64,000 nucleotides of DNA from Nitrosopumilaceae archaeon (lineage in GTDB: Archaea > Thermoproteota > Nitrososphaeria > Nitrososphaerales > Nitrosopumilaceae). Below the pieces are notes generated by a model. The model had not been told where the DNA came from and searched no databases. It worked only from the letters and a program-made list of their open reading frames with translations. The position numbers and the translations under genes are program-made. Below, in pieces: positions 11,474 through 24,539 of this stretch. How positions within the stretch are numbered: the first letter of the stretch is position 1; each line of letters opens with the position of its first letter. The DNA is taken from the NCBI GenBank assembly GCA_965207375.1, contig CBDBMG010000002.1, forward strand, positions 128,001-192,000, read 5' to 3'.

Positions 11474-14400
11474 AACAACCTAGTCGCCTATTTTATGTTA
11501 CAGACTCTGTTACAGGCTTACGCTTCCTTGTGGATACAGGAGCAGAAATCAGTGTTATCCCACCCTCTGCTACTGGCCGCAAACACCATAAGGGTAGTCT
11601 TAGTCTACAGGCAGTTAATAGCACGCCAATAGCGACATATGGTACACAACTACTTACTTTAAACATTGGACTGCGTCGTAAGTTTCAATGGATTTTTATC
11701 ATTGCAGATGTCAAAAATCCAATACTCGGAGCTGACTTCTTGAGACATTACAGCCTTTTAGTTGACCTAAACCACAATAGACTGGTTGATGGACTCACTT
11801 AATTAAAAGTTCAAGGTATCTCAACGCTAGCTTACTCACCTAGTCCAACACTGTTGCCCAAGCAACCTACAACAGAATTTGATGCAATTCTATCTGCTTA
11901 TCCTGACATAGTTCAACCTTGCAACACCGACTCTCCTGTGAAACACCAAGTCACACATCACATCAACACAGTGGGACCACCGGTGTATTCCCGTCCTCGC
12001 AGACTGTCACCTGAACGTTTGAAAGCTGCACGTCAGGAATTTGACCATATGCTACAGCTAGGCATCATCGTCCCTCAGCTAGCAGTTGGGCCTCACCACT
12101 ACACATGGTTCCCAAGAAGTCTGGTGATTGGCATCCATGCGGAGATTACAGAGCTCTCAACCACATCACAGTGCCAGACCGTTACCCAGTTCCACATATA
12201 CAAGACTTCACTACTACATTACAAGGCTGTACAATCTTTTCCAAGATCGATTTAGTGAGAGCTTACCACCAGATCCCAGTCGAACCAACTTCTATCCCAA
12301 AAACTGCTATCACTACCCCTTTTGGGTTATTTGAATTTGTCCGTATGCCATTCGGCTTAAGAAATGCTGCCCAGACATTTCAGAGATTCATTGACGAAGT
12401 TTTACGTGACTTACACTTCTCTTACGCTTACATTGACGATGTACTGATTGCAAGTTCCAACCCACAGGAACACAAGCAACATCTGAAACAAGTTTTTGAC
12501 CGTTTCAAACAATTTGGTGTAATTGTCAATCCTACCAAGTGTCAATTTGGTGTAAGTGAGCTAACATTTCTAGGCCATTCTCTTAACAGTCAAGGCATAC
12601 GTCCATTATAAGACAAAATCAAAGTTATACAAGAGTTTCCACAACCTCCCACACGACGCAAGTTGCGCGAGTTCTTAGGACTTGTCAACTTTTACTATCG
12701 TTTCATTCCTCACTGTGCTGACATCCTACAACCGCTTCATACTTTACTAGCATCTGCGCACAACAACCACAACATCTTACAGTGGAATGAAGAATCCGTA
12801 CAAGCTTTTTCAAAGATCACACAAGCCATTGCTGATGTTTCCCTCCTTTCTCACCCCTATACTGACGTACCTACAAACATCATGACAGATGCTTCAGACA
12901 CAGCAGCGGGAGCAGTACTATAGCAACACATCAACAATGAATGGCGACCCATTGGTCAAAGAAACTAAAGCCAGCAGAGACGAGGTACAGTACTTTTGAT
13001 CGTGAACTGTTAGCAATATACTTAGCAATTAAGCATTTTCAACATTTTGTCGAAGGTCGTCAATTTCATGTGATAACAGACCATAAGCCACTGACATTTG
13101 CATTTACTACCCAGTCAAGTAAACTGACACCACGCCAGATCCGTCATCTCGATTTTATCTCACAGTTTACTACGGATGTCCGGCACATCAAAGGCAGTGA
13201 CAATGCTGTAGCAGATGCATTGTTTCGCATTGAAGCCAATGCTTTACATTTTGATTCTGCAGATGCTGTAGTTCCTCCGACCGTTGACTTCAAAGACATT
13301 GCTGCTGCTCAACAACATGACACTGAACTTCAACAATTGCAATCATCCTCTACATCATTACAATTACAATCTGTTCCATTACCAACATCAAACATTACTT
13401 TAGTGTGTGATATGTCTACTGGTGTTCCAAGACCATACATACCAAGTGAGTTACGTCGTACTGTTTTTGATGCATTACACTCACTGTCACATCCTGGTGT
13501 TCGGGCAACACAACGCCTTATAACAGCACGTTACGTTTGGCCCAAAATTAAGAGTGACACACGTAAGTGGGCACAAACCTGTTTGAAATGTCAACAATCT
13601 AAAGTACACAAACACACCGTGACACCTCGTGGCACATTCACAACACCAGATGCTAGGTTTGACAACATACATATTGACATTGTCGGTCCACTGTCACCTT
13701 CCAATGGATATATGTATATTCTGACTTGTATTGACCGTTTCACACGTTGGCCTGAAGCAATCCCTATCAGAGATATGACAGCAGAGACAGTAGCCCAAGC
13801 TTTCCTTAGTGGCTGGATTGCTAGATTTGGTATACCATCTACAATAACCACAGACCGTGGTAGGCAATTTGAGTCTACACTTTGGCAAGAACTAATGAAG
13901 TTACTTGGATCCAAACGTATTCGGACCACATCTTATCATCCCATCGCCAATGGTATAATAGAATGTTTTCATCGCCAACTCAAGGCTTCCCTCGAGTGTA
14001 GCTCCAACTCGATCAAGTGGACAGACTCCTTACCCGTTAGTACTCTTGGGTATTCGTACCGCTGTAAAAGATGACATCCAATGTACTACAGCAGAACTTG
14101 TTTATGGCACTACATACGTTTACCTGCAGAATTTTTCGATACTACTACCACCCCCCCCCCCCACTGACGATCCAACCAAGTATGTTACCAGACTTAAGGT
14201 TACCATGAATCAGCTGAAGCCGCCACCAGTTCGTCAACAGCTCCAGCACAAGTCACATGTGAGTAATGCACTGTCACACTGTACGCATGTTTTTATTAGA
14301 AATGACAAAGTGAGAAAGCCATTGCAACCACCATATGATGGCCGATTCAAGGTGCTTCATCGTGATAACAAGCATTTTACATTACAACTGAAAAATCGCA

Positions 14401-14573
14401 CCGATGTTGTTTCTCTTGATCGTTTCAAGCCAGCTCATATAGACAATTCCACACCGCTACCTGATCAGTCTACAACTCCTCACTCAACAGCTTCCCCAGT
14501 ACCTGCTACATCCACACCAAGCCGAGTTACTCGTTCAGGTCGTCATGTCCGTTGGCCAAGACATCTTACATAA
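11428..14573 (+). pseudogene. pol: Gypsy pol (protease, RT, RNase H, integrase) with stops and frameshifts
   Basis: FLVDTGA, YIDD, TDASD, HHCC zinc finger, HIDIVGP, TDRG; stops at ~11800, 12609, 12921 and several frameshifts. Confidence 0.93.
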
Positions 14574-14832
14574 CACCTTCACTGGGGGGGAGTATTGTAG
14601 TGGAACACTCATGAATAACATTATACACCACACTTACTCTCTTGCATCATGCATTATATATAATTTAGTTAACTATACACAATAACTGTAACAGATGTTT
14701 CATTGTTCTGTATGGTCTTGTATTGTTGTCTTTGTATCATACAATCAGTTGAACGTTAAATCCCTCAACAAACTTTTCCCAAAAATTATTAGCACTAAAT
14801 AGTTGCAGAGCTGTAAAACTGGTAATCATAAT

Positions 14833-15270
14833 CAGGGTTTCTTTCAGGATTTTGCCCAAGGGGGGGCAAAATGACGTATTATAGCATGGTGGGGGGGGCA
14901 AAGACCTAAGTGTACCAGGTGTTGATTTACAATGCACATGTCATGTTTTCAATACAGGTATCCTCACTGTGCCATACAGGCATCATTTACACCTGTATTG
15001 ACCTGTTGTATATTGTACTTTACACCTGTATTGCCATTTACACCTGTATTGTACAAAACAGGTGTCAATTTATACCTGTATTGTACACTAACAATTAGAT
15101 TACATCTAGGCAGTAGTACATAAAGGCATGCACAAACAAACGTTTCATTCAATCTTTCATTCAAGGGGGGGCAAGCCAGAGCCAAGGGGGGCAAGCCAGA
15201 GCCAAGGGGGGCAAGCCAGAGCCAAGGGGGGGCCAATGCTCCCCCCTGCCCCCCCTTGAAAGAAACCCTG
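14833..15270. mobile_element. Non-autonomous CAGGG-terminated TIR element with 5-bp TSD (hAT5-like)
   Basis: TIR cagggtttctttca / tgaaagaaaccctg; flanks ATAAT/ATAAT; internal ~20-bp repeats caagggggggcaagccagagc. Confidence 0.82.
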
Positions 15271-16062
15271 ATAATATACAACTACAGCATCAGTCATAAA
15301 ATACTGTATGTATAAGTAAGTATATAGTTTTGACGTGATACATTGATATATCACGATATTCAATATATCAATACGACCTAAATGTGTATCGATACAGTAT
15401 CACTGCTTATAAGTTATCACGATATGGCAATATATTGTTACATCTCTAGTACACTATAAAATCTAGTCAAAAATTTTTTCCACATTCAGTCATGCCTGAG
15501 GGTACAGAGGACTAAGTAAACATGTGTAGGTGACTAAGTGCTGCAAATTTGCTATATCATAGTCTAAAATCAGATGGATATAAGTTGCTGTGAAGGTTAA
15601 AAGTTGTCAATCAATGCACAAAAAATTATCCACAAAGTTGCTAACTTCACGATTACGGAATAAATTATGCTGGTAAATATCTAGTGTTACATTACACGGC
15701 ACTACAGTAGTGTTATAGTGAATACAACTGAGAAAATCAGGCATATCCACAAGATATAACAAATCATAAACATATGCATTTTCAGAACGTCTTTCAGAAC
15801 TTTTTCATGTAGAAGTTTATACCAAGACCTCACACAATGTACAAATACGTACTATGTATACAGAAATACAGTAATCTACCATAAACTCTTGTATATTTAC
15901 GTACACTTTATACATTGCATGGCTGGAAAGCTTGGCAGATAAAAAAGGTGGGCAAATATAATGTTAGCGTTTTGATTGGTTTAGATTGGCCAATCACACT
16001 TGACTAGCCAAATTCATCAAACCTTTTGTCCACCAAACTTTCCCGCTATACAGTACCACATG

Positions 16063-16236
16063 TACACACGCACGCACGCACACACACACACATGCATGCA
16101 CACACATGCACATATGCACGCACGCATGCACACACATGCACATACGCACGCACGCATGCACACACATGCACATACGCACGCACGCATGCACACACATGCA
16201 CATACGCACGCACGCACGCATGCACACACACACACA
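16063..16236. repeat. Compound CA/CG/CATG microsatellite with a 28-bp higher-order unit
   Basis: Repeated cacgcacgcatgcacacacatgcacata. Confidence 0.9.
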
Positions 16237-16380
16237 AAATTACTCACTTTCCTCTGATGATGTTCTCTTGAAATAATTCTCACTATATTGGCTATGTTGG
16301 ACACATTAACCTTTCCCAAGCTATGCATTGGTATGGCTCACTGCAGAACAGGGGGTGGAGCTAAAATAACATAACGGTAC

Positions 16381-16566
16381 TGTAGTAGTATGTTAAGTTA
16401 CTGCATACACCTGTGCTAGGCCATGTACTATATAACCTTTTATTACATCATGTATCATGTGATTAGATACCATATAATATCCGGTTGTATGATTGATTGC
16501 ATTACTTTGTATTAGTCTGTCTATTATTGTTATTGTGATTGTATCGAATCCTTGACGACCGCGACA
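16381..16566 (+). mobile_element. Probable solo LTR
   Basis: TGT...ACA ends; flanks GGTAC/GGTAT; removing it shrinks the CWC22 intron to ~59 bp, typical of this window. Confidence 0.65.
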
Positions 16567-16980
16567 GGTATCACATGATCCATATCCTACCTGTGCTTGT
16601 CTGTAATTTGTTGTTGCATCATCCTTAGCCTGGCAGGTGAATATATGCTCCTCCTAGCAGTGAGGTAAAGCGGTATGCTGTATGTAGTTGCTTTATAGTG
16701 ACTAATTTTTGTAAGTTTATCTGTTGCAAATTTTAAAATCAAATATTATGTGAAATCAGATGATAGTAGTTCATAAGTCTAGTTCTTCATACACAGACAT
16801 ACGTAACTAGCAAACCTGAATAATCACTATACCGTATATACATAGTTGTATGGTTTTCGAGGTACTTAAAGGGGCTGTGCGCTGTTTACGAAGCCGTTTA
16901 AGTTTTTTCGGTGCACGTGATTTATTTGGGCCCCAACAAAATCACGTGATGGTATAATTACGGCGCGTGAAACGTGAAGT

Positions 16981-19900
16981 ATGCCGCGTGGACGTCCAGC
17001 GAAAGGAAGGGAGAAGTATGTTCGCATCAAGTTAAAGTTGAACACACACTTATCTTGGACTACAAAGAAGACATCGCTAGGAATAAGGAGCGACGATACC
17101 TTAGCATGCTATTTTCTAGAAAATTATATTCCTGACGAAAGTTTTAATGGTGGCAGCCAGGATGTTGAGCCGTCCATCCTTTCAAGTTCGGTTCGTTCAC
17201 CTGAGGGCGATATTTTGTTTTCAACGCCTATAAGAGAAGTCACCATGCCACTGCAACGAAGATCGTTACAGGCTCTGGACGTCTCGTCTTTAACTCAGAT
17301 TTCCTGTGTTAAAAGGTTCATCTGATACACAAATACTGATTCCTTTTATTAAGTGATGGAAATTAGTCCTCTAGCAAACTATAACACACTTGGTACTGAT
17401 CAAGAGGAAACGCTGAGTGCTGTTGGCACAAGCATATGTGTGAGGGAAAGGTAAGTGAAATGCATAAATATGGTTGTATACATATTTTATCGATAGTGAG
17501 GAAGAGACATTGAGTGCTTTAATGGACACTAGTACTAATAATGCTGAGGAACAGTAAGTAACAAGTGTACGTTACCTGTTATTTATTTATAGCCAGCAGG
17601 TATACTGCAGTGGATAATAACACTTGCAACACTTCCAGTGACTCCGAAGATGAAAGGTTGGTGTAATAATGCAGCAGTCATTGCATGCCCTATTTGAAAC
17701 ATTCTCATACAGTAAACAGTCATAATACAACTTTATTATATTTATAAGTATGTTTCTAGATTATGTGACATTACTGACATTATGAATGAAACGGACAGGT
17801 AAATGTTTGCTGTTCTACATGGAAATGTCCAGATTGGCTGTGTATATATGTTTCAGGGAATCACACAGTGATTATGATGACAATAACGATGATGTTGCTG
17901 AGACTGCTGATAGTTCCAGTGATGAAGAATCAGAAGGGTATGTTGTGCAAAATATAAAAGCCTTGTTTGAATAGCTTATCTGACACGATCTATAGTGAAA
18001 ATCACTCTTCAGATCAACTACCTATGCATGTATCTCTTGCAGTAGGTGCAAGTTTGGAAAGCCCAGAATCTACTTTGAAACACTGTCGTTTTGTGTGTTC
18101 AGTTCACAAACTGCTTGAACTGATTGGTACCAACTGTCATACTAAAGGCTGTGATAAAAAATGTCACATAACTTATACATATTGTGGTTCTTGTATGGTG
18201 ATGAAGGGAATGTGTGGTGATGGCCATGCGTTCACTTGGACATCCTCGGATACTTTAGCTAACAAAGCTGGCTGTAACTTGTTTACTGATAACCTGGACA
18301 TTGCATCCGCTGTGCTATTATCAGGAAATAATTTTGCAAAAATATCATTGTTCTTCCAATTTCTTAACATCCCCATTGTTTCGAAAACAACATTTCACTC
18401 ATACCAGCGTCACTACATTTGTACGGGTATCGATAAATTCTATCAAACAGAACATGTTAGTTCATGTTGTGTGTTGTTGTGTTCAACATACATCATATTT
18501 TAAATTAGGTAAAACTTCTGGAGAAGTATCAGGGCAAGGGAGTTGTACTGGCTGGAGATGGAAGATGTGACTCTCCTGGTTCCAGTGCAAAATTTTGCTC
18601 GTATTCACTGCTTGACATCGACTCAAACAAAATTTTACATGTGGAAAATGTAGACAAGCGTGAAGTCTCCCTGCAGTCACCAAACATGGAAAGGGAGGCT
18701 GTTAGTCGAGCAATTGGGTATCTTAAAGGAAAGAACATAACAATTGAAGAGATAGTTACAGATGCATCATCTGCTGTGAGGAAAATGCTTCGTAAGTTCC
18801 ACATGTGAAGGATTCACATATACATACACTACTACACTTGTATGTTCACATTTCATTTAGATGTAAAACATTCCAATATCCACCACTCAATGGATATATG
18901 GCATAAGGCCAAAAAACTGAGGAAGGCTTTAAATGAAGTGAGTTTATTTGTACTTGCGTACACTGTATATATACCTGGGGTACATGTGGGCATATCACTA
19001 TATAGGCAGGAAAAACTAAGAACATGGAAAAGTTGGTACAATGGAGTGGCAACATTGTCAACCACTTCTGGTACAGTTGCAGAACATGTGACAATGATTT
19101 GAACAAGTTCAAGGTAAGATATTTGAATGCACTTACATTCTAGGCTTATTTACTAACCCTTTTATTAGGACAAATGGTTTGGTATCCTTCATCATGTGTT
19201 GAATGAACATCAGTGGCTAACAGGAACACAAGGTTGTGACTATGGTGAACTCCAGGGACCCCCACGTAACACTCAGGGGGCTAAAATACAATATTTTAGT
19301 AGAAGTGAACCTGCGTTTCGTGCTTTACGCAAGCTGCTAACTGACAAAAGATGGCTCAAGTCGATGAAATATTACACTAAGTTTAGGTTAATCACTCTAA
19401 AGTTTGATAATAGTCTATTATTTTCACTTACTTACAGGCACACCGGTGTTTTGGAATCTTTTCATAGTCACCTCCTTGGCTACTGCTCCAAAAGAATTGC
19501 ATTTCAGTAAGTATGGTCACATTTCACCTAAAGCTGTTTTGGTGATTTTTGTAAGTGAGCTTTACATCACAATATTCAAATCACCAACCTTTCATCAAAG
19601 GATAAATCTTATTATAGAAATATGCATAGAATCCTAGCCTGACATTTTACTATCCACACATTTGATGTTATTTTTTGTGTAGGAACCAAGCATACATTTC
19701 ACGTATCCAGCTAGCCATACTGGATCATAACCATCACAGCAATAGGGAAACCAAAAAAAAACTAAATGGAGAAGTTATGTACCAGCGAAAATATAGGAAA
19801 CAAACTAAAAGATGGGATGTGACTCCGACATTAGTCTCAAAAGAGTACAGCTACATTCCCAAACTAATGGATGTCATTTCTAGAGAACGTGCTAATTCTG

Positions 19901-20034
19901 ATGTGAATTTAAAACACAAACAGCTAGAGCCATTACACCATCCATGCAACATACAGAAAACGATTGGGCACAGGCCACCAGAAAATACAGCAGAACTAGT
20001 TGCCAGCAAACTTTCCCGTTTTTCATCATCATAG
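16981..20034 (+). CDS. Kolobok DDE transposase, 13 exons, ~739 aa
   Basis: Manual model 16981-17315, 17367-17450, 17497-17553, 17600-17656, 17760-17798, 17857-17937, 17996-18455, 18509-18791, 18861-18937, 19006-19113, 19169-19386, 19438-19506, 19683-20034 splices GT-AG in frame with no stop. Motifs LAGDGRCDSPG, IVTDAS, MDIWH, NHFW, HTGVLESFH, LDHN. Confidence 0.85.
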
Positions 20035-20226
20035 TTGTGTGTACCTTTATGAGTAATTTAAATAAGCAAAGCATGAAACACATGTCTGCACAGGATACAA
20101 TTGGTTCTGACATTTGCCCAACATTAGTACAGCAAAACTGCTCAGATGTTTGGGTAAGCCAGCCATTTCGAAGTATATAGAAAATTTTGGTAGTATAACT
20201 TTTTTTGTGCCTCAGTTTATTCATGT

Positions 20227-21168
20227 TCAATTTTCCTTGAAACCTAAATAGTTGTTATCAGGAGCTGGATACTTGGTGCGAACAGCCCACACTACACAAG
20301 ATGGTGCAACCTTGCGGTTTCGTCTACCAAGGTATCCACACCTCCAGAGAGTCCACTGACGATATGCTGCCTTGCGATAGTCACTTGGACCATATTCTGG
20401 ATCATCACTATAAACATCTGAACGGTGAACTATTGCTACTGAGAGCACCTCTCGGTTTGTGACTATCGTTTCAAAACTTTCTGTTGTTGTTATGCATGGT
20501 CGAGATCGGCAACACACATTCTCTTCAGGAATAGGCATAGCTCTGCATTTTCCACATGTACACCATGGTAGGTTTCCTGGAGATTCAGGATTTTCGCTTG
20601 ATCCATCATTACTCAGAAGAGCTTTGGCTAGAGATATTCCCCCTGCATGGCCATATGCTTCCACTATCAATTTCTGGCACTGATCAGTATTTAAGGTTGA
20701 AACAAAGGCCTGAAAAGTTAATAATGTATAACCATACACTATAATCTATGGTATAACAAAGAATAAGCAAACAAATTTAAAACTTACTTGTAACTCCTCC
20801 ACCCTAGATATACTTGCACCGCCGGTCGTCGATGTCGAGGTCGATGTACATGCAGTGGTGTGTGGCTATAAATAGAAAATACGGATCGACACATTCGCTG
20901 TATAAGCCATCTATTTACCTTATTCTTACAAGGATTTCGTCTTGACCCGCAAGTGCACTTATTATTGCAATGTAGATCGGCAGATTTACAGGGACACTTG
21001 CCTCTTCGCTGGCAAATAGACTTGCACTTACAAAATATCACTTCCGTTTCCTATTACATAGCGGTGCAACGTTGCAAAATAGATTAAGCTTAGCTGACTT
21101 ACACTTTCGGATACGTCAGATTCTACGTCTGATAAATCCGATGAACTCGCGCACAATTCAGACGCCAT
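20227..21168 (-). CDS. Kolobok accessory protein (KolX-type), CXC-like Cys cluster plus P2X7 C-terminal (ballast)-like domain, 4 exons, ~252 aa
   Basis: Exons 21168-21103, 21050-20919, 20865-20788, 20709-20227, all phase 0 and open. Motifs CKCKSICQRRGKCPC..CNNKCTC; WCTCGKC..MP..EENVCC; YRKAAYRQW..W..GYLGRRNRKVAPSCVV..VR..YP......YLGF. Confidence 0.87.
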
Positions 21169-22703
21169 ATTAGTGTGCATATATTTTACGGAGTTCGTGC
21201 ACCTTCTTACGTAATGCTATTACGTACATTTATGCATTTTGTTGATGTGATGTCATCAACTTAAACGGCTTCATAAACAGCGCACAGCCCCTTTAATACG
21301 TATCCATGAAATAATATCATTTTAGGATACCATCATGAATTTTCAGTGCTGTGATATCGTACGTAGTTGTATATATTTATTGAATTTATAAGGATTTATG
21401 ATATATTTGTATATTTAAGTATTTTAAATTCAAAATATGATATCATATTGATCAATACCACCAAGCCCCAGTAGCTAGGTTACATAAATTTTGATGATTT
21501 GGAGATTTTTATTACACCTGTTTGTAGATGCTGTTACAGTATTTACTTGGTTAAACACCGTACCTTTAATAGTCGCCATCCTCAAATAGTGGCCACTGGT
21601 TATTGAAGCACTAGATAATAAACACCACCCATGAATAAACACTGCGGCTTCTATTCAAATCAGTAGTCCAAAAGTATCCTGATTATCAAGTGTCCCAGGT
21701 CAGCTTATGTACTAAGCCTCAACTAAGTGTGTGGATTATGCAGGTGTCTCTCGTGTTCAAGTGTCCACATTAACAGATACCACCATATGTACATACATTC
21801 TTACCGTACCTGTTTTCATAAGGAGAGGATTATCTTCCTTCCTCTTCTTGGCTGGAGCAGGCTCGCTAGCTTTCTCTTCAGGATCTTTGGGTCTGGCCGA
21901 GTAACTAACTGGTCTGGTGGGCTTATCTCCATCCCTTCTCCTTCTAGGTCGCCGTCACGGAGGAGAAAATGATCGTGAGCGACTTCTTCGAGGCCTACGC
22001 TCTTCCCAAAATGGTGACTACATAACAAGCATACCACAAGTGCTAATACTAGTGAATTTGGAAGTTAGTGTTTTTGTAACATTGCAAAATGGAGGATATG
22101 AAACTCTATGGAAACTCTAAAATCTAGCATTTGAAAATAAATTCTAATTCTCTAATGCTACAAAAACAACATGAAGCGACTATAACATTTTAAAGATTTT
22201 GTAATTCAATAAATACGAGCTGAAATATCTTTCTTTAAAATCTTGAAATCTCTAGATTTTGTGAGTTGCGATTGAGATGGTTAAATCTGTAACTTACAAT
22301 ACATCAACTTACCCTCCTCCTGGACGCTGCAGTTTTATGACTGTCATCTTCTCTGTCTCTATAACTTTGGTATAAAATACACTACATCAATGGGTACTCC
22401 GTATAACTTCGTATTATGAATGGTTAATATCATTCAGACGACACGATATACAATTACCTTATGCGTTCTTCGTATGTTGCCTAATACAAAGAAATTGTCA
22501 ATAACATAAATTACTGATATCTATATCTGACCATAATATCCGTTCACGTATGAAATCTCTAACAGCACATTTATCACGATGGCATTATTTAGAATCAATT
22601 ATAATTGTGGGCGCCTGTTCGGAAATACAATTGCGCGCCAAATGGCGAGTTGGGTGTAGCATTTAAAGAACAGTAGCATCTGTTAAGAGTGGAGATCACA
22701 GTT

Positions 22704-24152
22704 ATGTTAGACTGCACCTGGATACAGAGTGTCCAGCGATTCGTTTTTGTCGCGTGTTTATTCGCCATTGCTTGTGTTGCTGGATATTTCTACTCTATCT
22801 GTGGCCCGCCAATCAACAACATGCTGTTACTTCGCGCTTGCCAGATGCGCGTAATGCTATTGCGGGAGTTCTAAGTGGATTCATTTCTGTACAAGGCAAT
22901 GATACAGTAAACAATCCGTCTCCTATAGGAACAATTCCTGTCAGAATCAACATCAAATCATGGAGTGTTGTTGAATGTAAGCAATCTAGTTAAAGGAGTA
23001 AAGTATTTATCATACCAGCTACCAGGGATAACCAGAGAGTTGCACTGGAGAATGCTATAGTAATGGCAAAGTTACTCAACCGAACATTATTGCTACATCC
23101 CATGGCACCTCACGACAAAGGAGCATTATATAAAGCTGGTTCACAACCTGGGTATGTCGCTTACAACCACCTGACGCAATCAGACCTTATTCCTTTATCA
23201 ATTTTCCTTGACCTCAAGCAGCTGTCCCAGCTCATTCCGGTACAAGAAGTGGTCACATCTCATCATCAATTCTATCACGACTTTGGCCAGTTAAGTTGGA
23301 GGAATATTTGTCACAGTATGGGATTTGGTTACTGGATGGACCGGCGATCGACCACGGTAGAAGAGATCAGCATGTCAGCACTTTCATGCATCAAATGCCT
23401 GAAAGAAGAAATGCCCCAAGGAACAGCAGCAGGCAGAAGGTTCAACTGGTGCCATAGTGGAATATGTTAGTGATTATTTTAACGATCCCTCTGAGATGCT
23501 CTATTTTGAGCAAGGCACCTTGTTTGGGATTCATATAAGGTTTGTCCACCGTGATGATGTCATTGCTGCTCAGAAGTGGATACTGGATCATCTTCACTAT
23601 GGACCACGTGTACATTCTGTGGTTGATGGTATGGCTAAGAGACTTGGTGCTCAGTTTAACGCTATTCATGTTAGGAGGACGGATCATCCGGCGAGAAAAT
23701 TTCCTGTGGATTATTGGATCAGGTCTTTACAGAGCGTCAACTGTAGCACAGATGTACCATTATATGTTGCCACTGATGAGAAACGTAGGAGTTATTTTGA
23801 TCCATTTGAAGAACAAGGATACAAGTTGGTTTTTGCTGGTGACTTTCATGACTTGCTACAATTCCATGATGTTCCTCATGATGCCATTGAGGATGTTACT
23901 GGTGTGTATGAACAGCTGTTGTGTGAGAAGACCAATAAGTTTGTTCCATCTCCTGGATCTACATTCTCCATTCTGATATTGCGGAATCGGAATGAAATTG
24001 AGGTTGAAGATGGCTTACTTATAAATTCACTCCATACATTTTGGATTGGTCACCAAATGAAAGAAACAGACGACATAACTGACATCATGATCAAACAAGA
24101 TAACAGGTATAGCTATCACACGTGCATAAGTTGTCTACTTTGTGTACTATGA
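22704..24152 (+). pseudogene. Intronless O-fucosyltransferase-family (GT-B, POFUT-like) pseudogene
   Basis: Type II signal anchor (RFVFVACLFAIACVAGYF), KYLSYQ..NQRVALENA..AKLLNRTL, AIHVRRTD, LYVATDE, EQLLC, STFS; at least 3-4 frameshifts. Confidence 0.8.
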
Positions 24153-24207
24153 CATTTTAACATTGACAAAATTAGAATATACAGTGGAACCTGGAATTAC
24201 AGATCAT

Positions 24208-24382
<175 letters not shown>

Positions 24383-24539
24383 GGAAGGTGTTAATGTGGA
24401 CACTTGAAAATGAGGACACATGCATAATCCACACACTTAGTTGAGGTCCCAAAGTAGTCCTTTAGTACATAAGATGACCTGGAAAATCAGGACACCTTGA
24501 TAATCAGGACACCTTGATAATCAGGACACTTTTGGTTGA

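Larger units (their letters stand above)
10498..14770 (+). mobile_element. Full-length Ty3/Gypsy LTR retrotransposon (pol disabled)
   Basis: LTRs 10498-10642 and 14596-14770 (TG...CA); 4-bp TSD AACT; PBS tggtgacc at 10644; PPT gggggggag at 14584; order gag-PR-RT-RH-IN. Confidence 0.96.
10384..15448. mobile_element. Non-autonomous hAT element hosting a Gypsy LTR element and a second TIR element
   Basis: TIRs tagaggtgtaa / ttacatctcta; perfect 8-bp TSD GTACACTA (10376-10383, 15449-15456); subterminal gatac/tatcg repeats. Confidence 0.88.
16870..21292. mobile_element. Kolobok-superfamily DNA transposon, apparently intact (4423 bp)
   Basis: TTAA TSD (16866-16869, 21293-21296); AG...CT termini; 35-bp TIRs with 1 mismatch (aggggctgtgcgctgtttaYgaagccgtttaagtt); two convergent genes. 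Confidence 0.93.
16248..22358 (-). pseudogene. CWC22: Partial, unprocessed CWC22 (pre-mRNA splicing factor) pseudogene
   Basis: Exons 22358-22313, 22017-21810 (RS-rich...EPAPAKKRKEDNPLLMKTG), 16653-16591 (GAYI-PARLRMMQQQITDK) and 16340-16248 (EPYQCIAWE..KVNVSNIANIVR.LFQENIIRG) match the CWC22 N-terminus and start of MIF4G as recalled. TGA at 21957-21955, 1-bp deletions and an internal deletion disable it. Confidence 0.88.

Noticed and set aside
15490-15560. Possible next CWC22 exon (SPTHVY-like)
   Set aside because: The match is too short and the flanking residues do not align.
15994-16271. His/Thr- and Cys/Val-rich ORFs (also 24142-24452)
   Set aside because: Microsatellite translations.
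20227-20739. Annotation as a P2X7 purinoceptor gene
   Set aside because: Only the cytoplasmic ballast-like domain is present, with no TM or ectodomain, and it lies inside Kolobok TIRs.
16866-21296. piggyBac assignment because of the TTAA TSD
   Set aside because: Termini are AG...CT rather than CC...GG, and the transposase motifs (DGRCDSPG, DIWH) plus the convergent second gene fit Kolobok.
21816-22037. Track ORF MVCLLCSHH... as a gene
   Set aside because: Wrong frame; the neighbouring frame matches the CWC22 N-terminus.
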